A DNA stretch of 64,000 bases. Source: Elusimicrobiota bacterium. Its GTDB lineage: Bacteria > Elusimicrobiota > Elusimicrobia > Elusimicrobiales > Elusimicrobiaceae. The position numbers and the translations under genes were made by a program. The stretch covers positions 381-64,380 of the forward strand of contig JAQXJI010000037.1 in NCBI GenBank assembly GCA_029008615.1, in the 5' to 3' direction. The notes under the pieces were generated by a model, which did no database searches, was not told where the DNA came from, and saw nothing but the letters and a program-made list of their open reading frames with translations. Shown one piece after another: positions 35,977 through 45,217 of the stretch (the stretch's first letter is position 1; every line of letters begins with the position of its first letter).

Positions 35977-36453
35977 TTATTCTTCCGAATCAGGCTCGCG
36001 TTCTTGGTTTACCGCGCCCAAATGCCTTTGGCTCTGCAATACAAAGGCGTGTTCCCGCTCTATAATGTCAAGCAGTCTTAAATCGCTTGGGTATTCCACC
36101 ATTTCCTTGGCTTTGCTCAGCGAAACCCAATTTATCGCGAGTATTTCCGAAGGGTCGTGGCGGCCTATGCGCCCGAGCTTTTTCATCAAATACCATTGAA
36201 CCACTTTTTTGACGTATTTCCCTTTAAGGGTAAAGGCGTAACGGACTTTAAGCATAGGCCTTAAAATACTGGCTTTATAGCCTGTTTCTTCAAGCACTTC
36301 CCTTAAAGCAGCTTGGCGCGGAGTTTCGCCGGGCTCAATATGGCCTTTGGGAAAAGTCCATATTTTGCGTCCTTTCATACTCTTTACCTGCACCAGAAGG
36401 ACTTTGCATCCCTCCAACATTACTCCGCCGCAGGAAAACTCCGGTACGACCAT
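35977..36453 (-). CDS. NUDIX hydrolase
   Basis: Nudix box GHIEPGETPRQAALREVLEETG. Confidence 0.88.
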   Translation of the reverse strand: MVVPEFSCGGVMLEGCKVLLVQVKSMKGRKIWTFPKGHIEPGETPRQAALREVLEETGYKASILRPMLKVRYAFTLKGKYVKKVVQWYLMKKLGRIGRHDPSEILAINWVSLSKAKEMVEYPSDLRLLDIIEREHAFVLQSQRHLGAVNQEREPDSEE

Positions 36454-36455
36454 AA

Positions 36456-37847
36456 TTATTTCTCCAAAAGTTTGGCCAGAGCGTAAAGCTTGGCTTCGTC
36501 AAAAAAGTTGCCGTAAAACTGCAAACCTATCGGCAAACCTTTAGAATCTTTGCCGTAAGGAAAGCTTAAAGCCGGAACTCCTGCAATATTGGCGGGAGCG
36601 GTGTATAAATCGGAAAGATACAAGGAAATCAAATCTTCCGTCTTTTCCCCCAATTTAAAAGCAGTGTTCGGCGTAGCGGGCATAAGTACGGCGTCAACTT
36701 GCTTAAAAGCCTGCACGAAATCGTTTTTGATAAGATTTCTTACCTTTTGGGCTTTAAGATAATAATCTTCCGCGTGTGCACTGCCCAAGGAAAATGTGCC
36801 GAGCATTATTCTGCGCTTCACTTCCGGGCCGAACTTCGCTCTGTTTTTAAGGTAAGAGGCTTCCAAATCTTCGGCGGAATTATCTTTATATCCGTAACGC
36901 AGGCCGTCAAAACGGGCCAAGTTGCTGCTGGCTTCGCTGCTGGTTAAAATGTAATAACAAGGGGAAGCGTATTTGGCGTAAGGCAGGGAAATTTCCTCAA
37001 AAACAATCCCTTTTGAAGAAAGCTCCGCTTTGGCCGCCTCTATGCGGGCCAAAATTTCGGGATTAAGATTTTCCAAAAAGTCCGAGGGTATGCCGATGCG
37101 AAGGCCTTCGGTTTTAACTTCTTCCGCTTTAAAAGCCGATCTATGCGCGCTTGTGGAATCTTTTTCGTCATAGCCGGAAAGCACTTCCAGTAAAAGGGCG
37201 TTATCTTCCAAATCGGCGGTTAAAGGGCCGATTTGATCCGCGCTTGAGGCAAAAGCCACCAGTCCGTATCTGGAAACGGAACCGTAAGTCGGCTTAATTC
37301 CGTAAATGCCGCAAAACGCCGCCGGCTGACGTATCGAGCCGCCCGTATCGCTGCCCAAAGCCATATCAACCATACCCGAAGCCACCGCTGCGGCGCTGCC
37401 GCCGCTGCTACCGCCGGGTACGCGCTCCAAATCAAGCGGATTTCTTACGGGGCCGAAAGCGGAATTTTCATTGGAAGAACCCATCGCGAATTCATCCATA
37501 TTCGCGCGGCCGATTATTATTGCGTCTTCTTTAAGCAAATGTTCCACAACCGTAGCGTTATACGGGGCTTTATAATTTTCCAACATTTTAGACGCGCAGG
37601 AAGCTATATGCCCTTTATAAAGGATATTGTCCTTCAACGCTATGCATACGCCCGCCAATTTACCGCGTTCTTCCGGTGATTTGGCATCTATCGCGCGCGC
37701 TTGGGCGAGAGCGGAATCCTCAAAAATTTCCAAAAAAGCGTTAAGTTTGGGGTTAAGTTCTTTAATTTTTAAAATACGATTTTTTATAAGTTCTTCCGCT
37801 TTAAGTTCCCCTGAGCGGACTTTTGCTGCTGTTTCGCTGGCGTTCAT
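36456..37847 (-). CDS. gatA: Glu/Asp-tRNA amidotransferase subunit A
   Basis: Amidase signature GGSSGGSAAAVA plus the typical GatA N- and C-termini. It follows gatC directly. Confidence 0.92.
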   Translation of the reverse strand: MNASETAAKVRSGELKAEELIKNRILKIKELNPKLNAFLEIFEDSALAQARAIDAKSPEERGKLAGVCIALKDNILYKGHIASCASKMLENYKAPYNATVVEHLLKEDAIIIGRANMDEFAMGSSNENSAFGPVRNPLDLERVPGGSSGGSAAAVASGMVDMALGSDTGGSIRQPAAFCGIYGIKPTYGSVSRYGLVAFASSADQIGPLTADLEDNALLLEVLSGYDEKDSTSAHRSAFKAEEVKTEGLRIGIPSDFLENLNPEILARIEAAKAELSSKGIVFEEISLPYAKYASPCYYILTSSEASSNLARFDGLRYGYKDNSAEDLEASYLKNRAKFGPEVKRRIMLGTFSLGSAHAEDYYLKAQKVRNLIKNDFVQAFKQVDAVLMPATPNTAFKLGEKTEDLISLYLSDLYTAPANIAGVPALSFPYGKDSKGLPIGLQFYGNFFDEAKLYALAKLLEK

Positions 37848-37849
37848 AA

Positions 37850-38137
37850 TTATAAAACCTTTTTAACTTTTAAATTGCCGCCGTCTTTATCGTTGAAAGC
37901 GGATACTATATCTTCCGCGCAAGGGCAAACTTTAGGATTATCTTCCCTCAAAGGCGCGGAGGCGGAATATTCCGCCGAAGCCTGCGGCGCGGAAGTATCC
38001 ACGCTTTGAAGCTGAGCCACCCAATCCAATACGGCGGACATCTGCTTTGCGTAAAGCGCGGCTTCTTCCCCGGTTATATTAAATTTAGCCAATTTGGCGG
38101 TTTTTTTAATTTCTTCCAAGTTTATCATATTAATCAT
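37850..38137 (-). CDS. gatC: Glu/Asp-tRNA amidotransferase subunit C
   Basis: GatC-like sequence (IKKTAKLAKFNITGEEAALYAKQMSAVLDWVAQL). ORF 37850..38230 is trimmed to an internal Met (38137, or 38128). The longer form would overlap the divergent DUF2339 gene. Confidence 0.8.
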   Translation of the reverse strand: MINMINLEEIKKTAKLAKFNITGEEAALYAKQMSAVLDWVAQLQSVDTSAPQASAEYSASAPLREDNPKVCPCAEDIVSAFNDKDGGNLKVKKVL

Positions 38138-38198
38138 TTTACCAATTTTATAATGTAAAATATATTGATATATAAAACAGAACTCAAGGGGGAAAAGT

Positions 38199-40304
38199 AT
38201 GTCTTTTTTATTGGCGTTGATTGCCATCATATTAAGTATAGTTGCGCTTTCCAGACAATCGGGAACCGATTACAGAATAAAAATTTTGGAAGACAAATTA
38301 AAAGACCTTTCGGCGCCTAAAAACAAGACTTCCGAAGAAAAAACTTTAAAAGAAACTGCAACGGCTGAATCCGAGGCCCAAACACAACCCCAACCTGCCG
38401 ATAAAACAGCCGCGACGCTTCCGCCTCAGGAACAAAAAGAACAAGAATCCCCCCTGCCCGAGCCGCGGCTTGAGCCCGCACCTTCAAAACCAGTTAATGT
38501 CGCGCAGATATTCTCCTGGATAGGCGGAGTTTTGTTAGTGTTAGGCGCTTTGTTTACGTTCTCCTACCTTATACAAAAAGGATATATCACAATGCCTTTG
38601 ATACTTTCCTTAGCTGCTTTAATCGGCGTTTTGCTTACCGCCGCCGGCGTAATTATTAAAGATGAAAGCATACAGACAACGGCCTCGACTTTATGTGCCG
38701 CCGGTTTAAGCGTTTGTTTTATAACCGCCTTCGCCGCTTACTCCTTCTTTGATCTTATCCCGGCCGATGCCGCTTTCGCCTTTATGGCCTTAACGGCTTT
38801 CGCCTCTTTTGCGGTATCGTTTATAAAAGACAGAAAATTTATCAGCATACTTGCGCTTATAGCGGCTTTCCTAACGCCGTTATTGCTTTCTTCTTCCGAA
38901 AATAAATATATTTTCTTATTCTCTTACATTTTCGCCGTAAACCTGCCGGCCGTAGCGATAGCGGTAAAAAAAGGTTGGAACAGCCTTATATGGACGGCGC
39001 TCCCGCTTACTTTTATATTCCAGTTGGCTTTTGCTTTAGCCGAACCTTCAAGCCAATATCTTTATATAGTCTTTTCCTGCTACGCTCTTGCGGCAGTCTG
39101 CACAGCAACCATACCTGCGGAAAAAATAAAAAGCGAAGTTTCAACCGCTTTTGGGCTGTTCGCCGCTTTGCAAGTAACGGCTTTAAGTTTATGTATGACG
39201 AACCAAAACCTTATTTATATTTTCTGCGCCGCGCTTTTTGTTACTTTAATCGTTTTTGTTTTTGAGTTTATCCGCCAAAACAAATTAACTCTCAGCGCCG
39301 TTTTGGCCGGTTGGGCCGTATTTTATATATGTTATCTGCTTAAATTTTCCCCCGCGCCGGAAGCGGGCTTTGCGGCCTTGGGCGTATTTGCCGCATTCTA
39401 TTTTTATCCGTTTGTATTCAACAAACATTTTAAAGACGGCGGCCCGCAATGGCTGGCCGCGGCGGGAGCTTCTTTAGTAGCTTTTATGCCGCTTTACACC
39501 AACTTAGGCAAAATATATTTTAAAGAATCTTTGGGATTGGTTCCCGCTTTCTTTACTTTATGCTACCTTCTGCCGGTGATATCTTTTTTAAATAAAGAGA
39601 ACTTTGAAAAGACAAAAGCCGTTTTTACAGCCGCGGCGGTTGTGTTTTCGGCAGTGATTCTGCCGGTTCAGTTCACGGGCAAATGGCTTACCCTACTGCT
39701 TTCAGTATATGCCACCGCGCTTTGTTGGCTGAATTTAAAAGTTGAAAACAAAGCTTTTACTTTAATTGCCAAACTGGTCTTTGCCGCTGTTTTTATCAGA
39801 TTGGTTCTAAACCCTGCCGTATACGAATACTGCGGCGACTGCGCGAAAATATTTAATTGGTATTTGCTCATTTTCTCAGCGGCGGCGGCCTCTATGTTGA
39901 CGGGGGCGCATTTCTGCAAAGAAGATGAAGCTTCTTTCAAATCGATTCTAAAAGCAGGCGCGGCGTTTTTGCTTTTCGCTTTAATGAATATAGAAATAGC
40001 GCATTACTTTGCCGAAGACGGAAAATTGCAATTTAACTTCTCGGGCGAATTTGCCGAAGCGGTAACTTATACACTGGCTTGGGCCTTATACGGTGCGGGA
40101 GCCTGTGCTTTATCGGTCTTTAACAAAAGCAAAATTTTGGGCAAATGCGGGATTATGATAATTTGCGTTGCGTTGGCGAAGCTTGCCTTTACGGATTTGT
40201 GGAAACTGGATACGATTTACAGAATATTCGGGGTATTCGGTATGGCAGTTTTACTTATCGCCGTGGCTTTTATGTTCCAAAAATACAATAAGACGGCGGA
40301 ATAG
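38199..40304 (+). CDS. DUF2339-like polytopic membrane protein
   Basis: One N-terminal TM helix, then a short coiled segment (RIKILEDKLKDL), a P/Q/E-rich linker, and about 20 TM helices. I associate this architecture with DUF2339. Confidence 0.65.
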   Translation: MSFLLALIAIILSIVALSRQSGTDYRIKILEDKLKDLSAPKNKTSEEKTLKETATAESEAQTQPQPADKTAATLPPQEQKEQESPLPEPRLEPAPSKPVNVAQIFSWIGGVLLVLGALFTFSYLIQKGYITMPLILSLAALIGVLLTAAGVIIKDESIQTTASTLCAAGLSVCFITAFAAYSFFDLIPADAAFAFMALTAFASFAVSFIKDRKFISILALIAAFLTPLLLSSSENKYIFLFSYIFAVNLPAVAIAVKKGWNSLIWTALPLTFIFQLAFALAEPSSQYLYIVFSCYALAAVCTATIPAEKIKSEVSTAFGLFAALQVTALSLCMTNQNLIYIFCAALFVTLIVFVFEFIRQNKLTLSAVLAGWAVFYICYLLKFSPAPEAGFAALGVFAAFYFYPFVFNKHFKDGGPQWLAAAGASLVAFMPLYTNLGKIYFKESLGLVPAFFTLCYLLPVISFLNKENFEKTKAVFTAAAVVFSAVILPVQFTGKWLTLLLSVYATALCWLNLKVENKAFTLIAKLVFAAVFIRLVLNPAVYEYCGDCAKIFNWYLLIFSAAAASMLTGAHFCKEDEASFKSILKAGAAFLLFALMNIEIAHYFAEDGKLQFNFSGEFAEAVTYTLAWALYGAGACALSVFNKSKILGKCGIMIICVALAKLAFTDLWKLDTIYRIFGVFGMAVLLIAVAFMFQKYNKTAE

Positions 40305-40330
40305 TTTTTAATCCCCCCGAGCCTAATTTA

Positions 40331-40365
40331 AAAAATCCCCCGATTTCAAATCGGGGGATTTTTGT
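40331..40365. terminator. bidirectional intrinsic terminator between DUF2339 gene and uvrD
   Basis: aaatcccccga-tttcaaa-tcgggggattt, flanked by an A-run and a T-run. Confidence 0.7.
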
Positions 40366-42672
40366 TTAAAGCCTTTCAAGCGGGGCATACTTTAATATAA
40401 ACACTCTTTTGGTTCCGTTCAGGAATATCACGGTAATTTTGGCATTGTCGCCGGAACCTGATATCGCCGTAACTTTGCCTTGCCCAAAAACGCCGTGCTT
40501 TACCAAACTTCCCACGCTGACCCCGCCTTCGGTTTTAGGGGGCTGAGCCTCTTCCCGAGCGGGTTCGGGCTTGGCGAAAGCCGGCGCGAACTTCTTAAAA
40601 GTTTCCTGATAATTGTCGGAATTGTCATAAGAGGTGCTGTTATCCAAAGTCCACCTGCGATATCCGCCGGAATTATATCTTTCGCGCGGATTTATCTCCG
40701 TGCGTTCCATAGGGCCGGTGTAAGAAGCCGGTTCCAAAAGTTCGCTGTCAAACAGAAATCTTGAAGCCAAATTCTGATAAGTTTTGCCAAATAATCTTCT
40801 GGTGGATGCGTAAGTCATATACAAATACTTTTTGGCCCTGGTCATAGCGACATAGCAAAGACGGCGTTCTTCTTCCATATCGTCATCGTCCTTGCCGTTT
40901 AAAGGGAAAAGGCCCTCCTCCAACCCGGTTACGAATACCGCGGGGAACTCCAAGCCTTTAGCCAAGTGGACTGTCATCAAAGTTACCGCACCGTTTAAAG
41001 AGCCGCTTACTTCTTCGGCGCCGCTGATTAAAGAAACTTCCTGCAAATATCCCGAAAGCGAAGGTTCGGTTTCTTCCTTAACGCAGCGTTCTTCGTAATC
41101 TTTTACCGCGCCCGTAAGTTCGCCGATGTTGCGAAGACGGTTTTCCGCGTCGGGGTCTTTTTCAATTTCCGCGCGCAGGGCCTGCTCATAGCCAGAGCGT
41201 TCTATTAATTTAGAGAAAAGCTCGCTTGGCGTGCTTATCGTCATTTCCAAATAAAGGCTTTCAAACAAATCCATAAATTCCCGCGCGGCGCGGCGTGCGA
41301 CGGGCTTAAGAGTGTCAATAAAATCCTGCTCTTTTAAAGCTTTATAAAGTGATATATCTTTCTGTGCGGCATAGGCGGTTAAAGAATCCTGAGCGCTTTG
41401 CCCGAAGCCCCTCTTCGGAGTATTGATCACGCGCAAAAGGCTGACGGTATCATTGGGGTTTACCAATAACTTGGCGTAAGAAAGAATATCTTTAATTTCT
41501 TTTCTGTCATAGAACTTTACCGCGCCGATAAGCTTATAAGGCATTTGATATCGGCGGAAAGTATCTTCGAAGTTTCTTGACTGAGCATTGGTCCTGTAAA
41601 AGACGGCGACGTCATTTAAATTTATACCGTCCTCTTCCACCATAGTTTGTATTTGATTGCAGACCCAGCGGGCTTCCTCCCCCTCGCTGGCAAGTTCCCT
41701 AACGGTGATGGGCTCGCCGGAAAGAACATTGCTGTAAAGGGTCTTCTCCCTGCGGTTCTTATTTTTTTGGATAAGCTTATTGGAAGCGTCCAAAATAATT
41801 TGAGTGGAACGATAGTTGCGCTCCAAAGTGATGACTTTGGCGTCTTTAAAATCCCGCTCAAACTCCATAATATTGCGGATATTGGCTCCGCGCCAAGAAT
41901 AAATTGACTGGTCGGGATCGCCCACTACGCACAAATTGCGGTGCTTGGCGGCCAAAGCTTTCGTAAGAGTATACTGCGTATGGTTGGTGTCTTGGTATTC
42001 GTCTACCAGAATATATTTAAAAAAATCCTGATAGTAATTCAGCACGTCCGGATTGGTTTTAAAAAGTTCCACCACTTTCATCAGCAAATCGCCGAAGTCC
42101 AAAGCCCCGGCCGCGGTAAGTTTGCGCTGATATCTTTTGTAGACTTCCGCCGCCTGTATTCTGCGGGGATTATTGCTTGCGTGAGCGTGTACGAAAAACG
42201 ATTCGGGATCAAGCATATCGTCCTTGGCGCGGGAAATTGTGGAAATGTAATAGTTTATTTCTTTCTTCGCTTCTTTTACGCCCATTTCTTCCAAAGCCAA
42301 GGTTATTATTTTTTTCTGCTCGGATTCGTCGTAAATCACAAAATCTTTATTAAGTTTAAGCGCGGCGGCGTTATGGCGGAGTATACGCACCGCAAAAGAA
42401 TGGAAAGTATGTATCCACACGCGCGAGGAATTGCCCGGAACCAAAGATTCTATCCTTTCGCGCATTTCCTGCGCGGCTTTATTGGTAAAAGTTACTGCCA
42501 AAATCCTGCTGGGGGAAATACCGTCCGCTATAAGTTTTGCCACTTTGCAAGTCAAAGTTTTGGTTTTGCCGGTTCCCGCGCCCGCTATGATAAGGCAAGG
42601 CCCGCCGGTATAATTGGCGGCTTCAAGCTGTTCGGGGTTTAAGGTTGATAAAATTTCGTTTATAGAGTTCAT
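40366..42672 (-). CDS. pcrA: ATP-dependent DNA helicase UvrD/PcrA
   Basis: Walker A AGAGTGKTKTL, motif II DEYQDTN, and later SF1 motifs. C-terminal Tudor-like tail (GSLVKHGVFGQGKV). Confidence 0.92.
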   Translation of the reverse strand: MNSINEILSTLNPEQLEAANYTGGPCLIIAGAGTGKTKTLTCKVAKLIADGISPSRILAVTFTNKAAQEMRERIESLVPGNSSRVWIHTFHSFAVRILRHNAAALKLNKDFVIYDESEQKKIITLALEEMGVKEAKKEINYYISTISRAKDDMLDPESFFVHAHASNNPRRIQAAEVYKRYQRKLTAAGALDFGDLLMKVVELFKTNPDVLNYYQDFFKYILVDEYQDTNHTQYTLTKALAAKHRNLCVVGDPDQSIYSWRGANIRNIMEFERDFKDAKVITLERNYRSTQIILDASNKLIQKNKNRREKTLYSNVLSGEPITVRELASEGEEARWVCNQIQTMVEEDGINLNDVAVFYRTNAQSRNFEDTFRRYQMPYKLIGAVKFYDRKEIKDILSYAKLLVNPNDTVSLLRVINTPKRGFGQSAQDSLTAYAAQKDISLYKALKEQDFIDTLKPVARRAAREFMDLFESLYLEMTISTPSELFSKLIERSGYEQALRAEIEKDPDAENRLRNIGELTGAVKDYEERCVKEETEPSLSGYLQEVSLISGAEEVSGSLNGAVTLMTVHLAKGLEFPAVFVTGLEEGLFPLNGKDDDDMEEERRLCYVAMTRAKKYLYMTYASTRRLFGKTYQNLASRFLFDSELLEPASYTGPMERTEINPRERYNSGGYRRWTLDNSTSYDNSDNYQETFKKFAPAFAKPEPAREEAQPPKTEGGVSVGSLVKHGVFGQGKVTAISGSGDNAKITVIFLNGTKRVFILKYAPLERL

Positions 42673-43868
42673 TTTAATTTAAGTTCCGCTAAAGTTTCTA
42701 TATGGTCGCTGTGCGGAAAGAAATCAAAACACTCCGCATTGACGACATTATATTTGGCGCATAAAGTTTTAAGATTTTCCGCCAAAGTTACGGGATTGCA
42801 GGAAATATAAAGTATATTTTCCGCCCCGCTGTTTAAAATGGTCTTGCAGGCGGAGGGATGCACGCCGCTTCTGGGCGGGTCAAGCACTATCACGGAATTA
42901 TAAGCGCTCAGCTTTTGCTTGGTTAAAAACTCTTCCGTGGTGGAGCAGAAAAAACTTACATTGTTGATATTGTTGATCTGCGCGTTTTTGACGCCGTTGT
43001 TTACCGCACTCGGGACGCTTTCCACGCAAAGGCTTTTGCCTACATACGGAGCGCAGCAAAGGCTGAAGCTGCCCGCTCCGCCGTAAAGATCGTACATCAC
43101 GCTCGGTTTTAAAGCGGACAGCTTCTCCGCTACTTTTTTATAAATCAAATTGGCCGCTTTAGTGTTGGTTTGGAAAAACGACTGCGGGGAAATTTCAAAG
43201 ACTATTTCCCGATTGCTTTCAAAAAGCTTTTCCCTTATTACGCCGGAGCCTTTTACCACTTTAATATCTTTTATGCCGGCCCCGTCGGAAACGCCGTCGT
43301 TCACGGCAGTAAGAAAATGATATGACGGATAGAACTTTGCCAAAATTTCGGCAAAGCCGGAAGCGTCAAAAGCGGAAGTCGTTATCAAAACGGCCATACC
43401 TTCCCCGGTATTGACGCCGCGGCGCAAAATCAAATTCCTTAAAAGGCCCGTATGGGCGCGCTGATCGTAAAAAGAAAGGACTTCCCGCTCCGCCCAAAGG
43501 CGCACCTCCTTCAAGAAAACGGAAAGATTAGGTTCGTAGAGCAGGCAGTTTTCTATATTAACGCATCTGTCCCAACGGCCTTTCATACGGAAGCCGAGAG
43601 TGTTTTCAAATTCCAAAGGTTTGGTTTTATCGCGGACGATTTTTTTCTTTTTGCCGTAAGGCTCGCTCCAAACGACTTGGCGGCAAAAGCTGAGTTCTAT
43701 TTTGTTTCTGAAATATTCCTTATCCGGCGAAGGGGTTAGCGAAATATCGCCGGAATAAAAAGGCTCCAACAAGGCTTTAACCTTGGCCCTTTTAAGTTCC
43801 ATTTGGGCGGCGTAATCCTCCTGCTTTAAGGAACAGCCGCCGCATAAACCAAAGCTTCCGCAAACCAT
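42669..43868 (-). CDS. RumA/TrmA-family RNA (uracil-C5)-methyltransferase
   Basis: N-terminal Cys cluster CGSFGLCGGC, SAM motif DLYGGAGSFS, and the catalytic nucleophile context YISCNP. No N-terminal TRAM domain is visible. Confidence 0.8.
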   Translation of the reverse strand: MVCGSFGLCGGCSLKQEDYAAQMELKRAKVKALLEPFYSGDISLTPSPDKEYFRNKIELSFCRQVVWSEPYGKKKKIVRDKTKPLEFENTLGFRMKGRWDRCVNIENCLLYEPNLSVFLKEVRLWAEREVLSFYDQRAHTGLLRNLILRRGVNTGEGMAVLITTSAFDASGFAEILAKFYPSYHFLTAVNDGVSDGAGIKDIKVVKGSGVIREKLFESNREIVFEISPQSFFQTNTKAANLIYKKVAEKLSALKPSVMYDLYGGAGSFSLCCAPYVGKSLCVESVPSAVNNGVKNAQINNINNVSFFCSTTEEFLTKQKLSAYNSVIVLDPPRSGVHPSACKTILNSGAENILYISCNPVTLAENLKTLCAKYNVVNAECFDFFPHSDHIETLAELKLK

Positions 43869-44941
43869 TATACGTTAAACCTGAAGACGCAAACGTCGCC
43901 GTCTTTTATTATGTAATCGCGCCCTTCCTGACGGATTAAACCCTTTTCTTTGAGGGCCTTTTCCGATTTATGCTCAAGGATATCGTCTACGCTGTAAACT
44001 TCCGCGCAGATAAAACCGCGTTCAATATCGGAATGTATTTTGCCTGCCGCTTTAGGCGCGGGACAGCCTACGGGTATCAACCAAGAGCGGACTTCCACTT
44101 CCGGCCCGGCTGTAAAGAAGGTGCACATATTCAAAAGCTGCATTCCCGCGCGGACGATTTTTTCAAGCCCGGTGTATTCCGAGCCCGTCTCCGCTAAGAA
44201 AAGATGTTTTTCTTCTTCGTCAAGTTCCGCGATTTCCGCTTCAAACTTTATGCAAAGTTCAACAAAACCCGCACCCGTTTTTTGGGCGTGTTCGCGAAGT
44301 TTTTTGGCATTTTCCTCATTAGGTTTTTCGGAGTTATTGCCGACATACAGCATAGGCTTCATAGTCAAAAGCTGCAAATCTTTTTTCTCTTCTTCTTCCA
44401 GTTCTACGGAAGAGGCCGGCTTGCCTTCGCTTAAAGCCTTTTGAAGTTTCTTAAGGACTTCCAAACGCGCTTTGGCTTCTTTGCTGCCGCTTTTTGCGTT
44501 GCTTTCCGCTTTGGGAAGCATTTTTTCCACGCTTTCCAAATCAGCAAGCATAAGTTCCGTTTCTATAATTTCAATATCCCTTAAAGGATCTACGCTGCCG
44601 GAAACGTGCGTAATATTTTCGTCCTCAAAAAGGCGAACCACGTGGATAATCGCGTCCACTTCGCGGATATTGGCCAAGAATTTATTGCCCAAGCCCTCGC
44701 CTTTGCTCGCTCCTTCCACAATGCCGGCAATATCGACAAAACGTATAAAAGCCGCCGTTTTCTTAGGCGGTTTAAAAAGTTCAAAAAGGGCGTCAAGGCG
44801 TTTATCCGGGATAGGCACTACGCCGACGTTCGGTTCAATGGTAGTAAAAGGGTAGTTGGAGGCTTGCGCTCCGGCGTTTGTCAGCGCGTTAAAAAGGGAA
44901 GACTTCCCCACATTGGGCAAACCGACGATTCCGATATCCAT
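43868..44941 (-). CDS. ychF: ribosome-binding ATPase YchF
   Basis: G1 GLPNVGKSSLFNALT, DIAGIV, and a C-terminal TGS-like domain. Confidence 0.92.
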   Translation of the reverse strand: MDIGIVGLPNVGKSSLFNALTNAGAQASNYPFTTIEPNVGVVPIPDKRLDALFELFKPPKKTAAFIRFVDIAGIVEGASKGEGLGNKFLANIREVDAIIHVVRLFEDENITHVSGSVDPLRDIEIIETELMLADLESVEKMLPKAESNAKSGSKEAKARLEVLKKLQKALSEGKPASSVELEEEEKKDLQLLTMKPMLYVGNNSEKPNEENAKKLREHAQKTGAGFVELCIKFEAEIAELDEEEKHLFLAETGSEYTGLEKIVRAGMQLLNMCTFFTAGPEVEVRSWLIPVGCPAPKAAGKIHSDIERGFICAEVYSVDDILEHKSEKALKEKGLIRQEGRDYIIKDGDVCVFRFNV

Positions 44942-45004
44942 AAAAGCTCCTTAAAATAAAAATATCCGCGCGCGGGCGGAATAAAATAATACGGCGGGGA
45001 AGTA

Positions 45005-45078
45005 CGTCTCGTACGGGATTCGAACCCGTGATCTCCGCCTTGAGAGGGCGGCGTCCTAAACCGCTAGACGAACGAGAC
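45005..45078 (-). tRNA. tRNA-Glu (anticodon CTC)
   Basis: The reverse complement reads GTCTCGTTCGTCTAGCGGTTTAGGACGCCGCCCTCTCAAGGCGGAGATCACGGGTTCGAATCCCGTACGAGAC. This closely parallels canonical bacterial tRNA-Glu. Anticodon loop is C-T-CTC-A-A. CCA is not encoded. Confidence 0.88.
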
Positions 45079-45151
45079 ATAAACCTCTTATATGTATTTA
45101 TTTTACAATATTTTAAAGGATTAAGCGGGCTTATATCGCAATTTATTTTTG

Positions 45152-45181
45152 TTGCCTTGCAAGCCCGCCAATTTATATACT
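45152..45181 (+). promoter_or_regulatory. candidate sigma70-type promoter for glgP
   Basis: TTGCCT (45152..45157), an 18-nt spacer, then TATACT (45176..45181), about 37 nt upstream of the ATG. Confidence 0.35.
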
Positions 45182-45217
45182 TTAATTACATACATATATA
45201 TAAACAGGGAGTATCAG

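Noticed and set aside
44889-45080. 63-aa ORF on the minus strand. Also ORFs 49638..49964, 49838..50044 and 50041..50493.
   Set aside because: They overlap the tRNA-Glu and tRNA-Phe genes, their terminators or the OFOR operon. They have no RBS or motif support.
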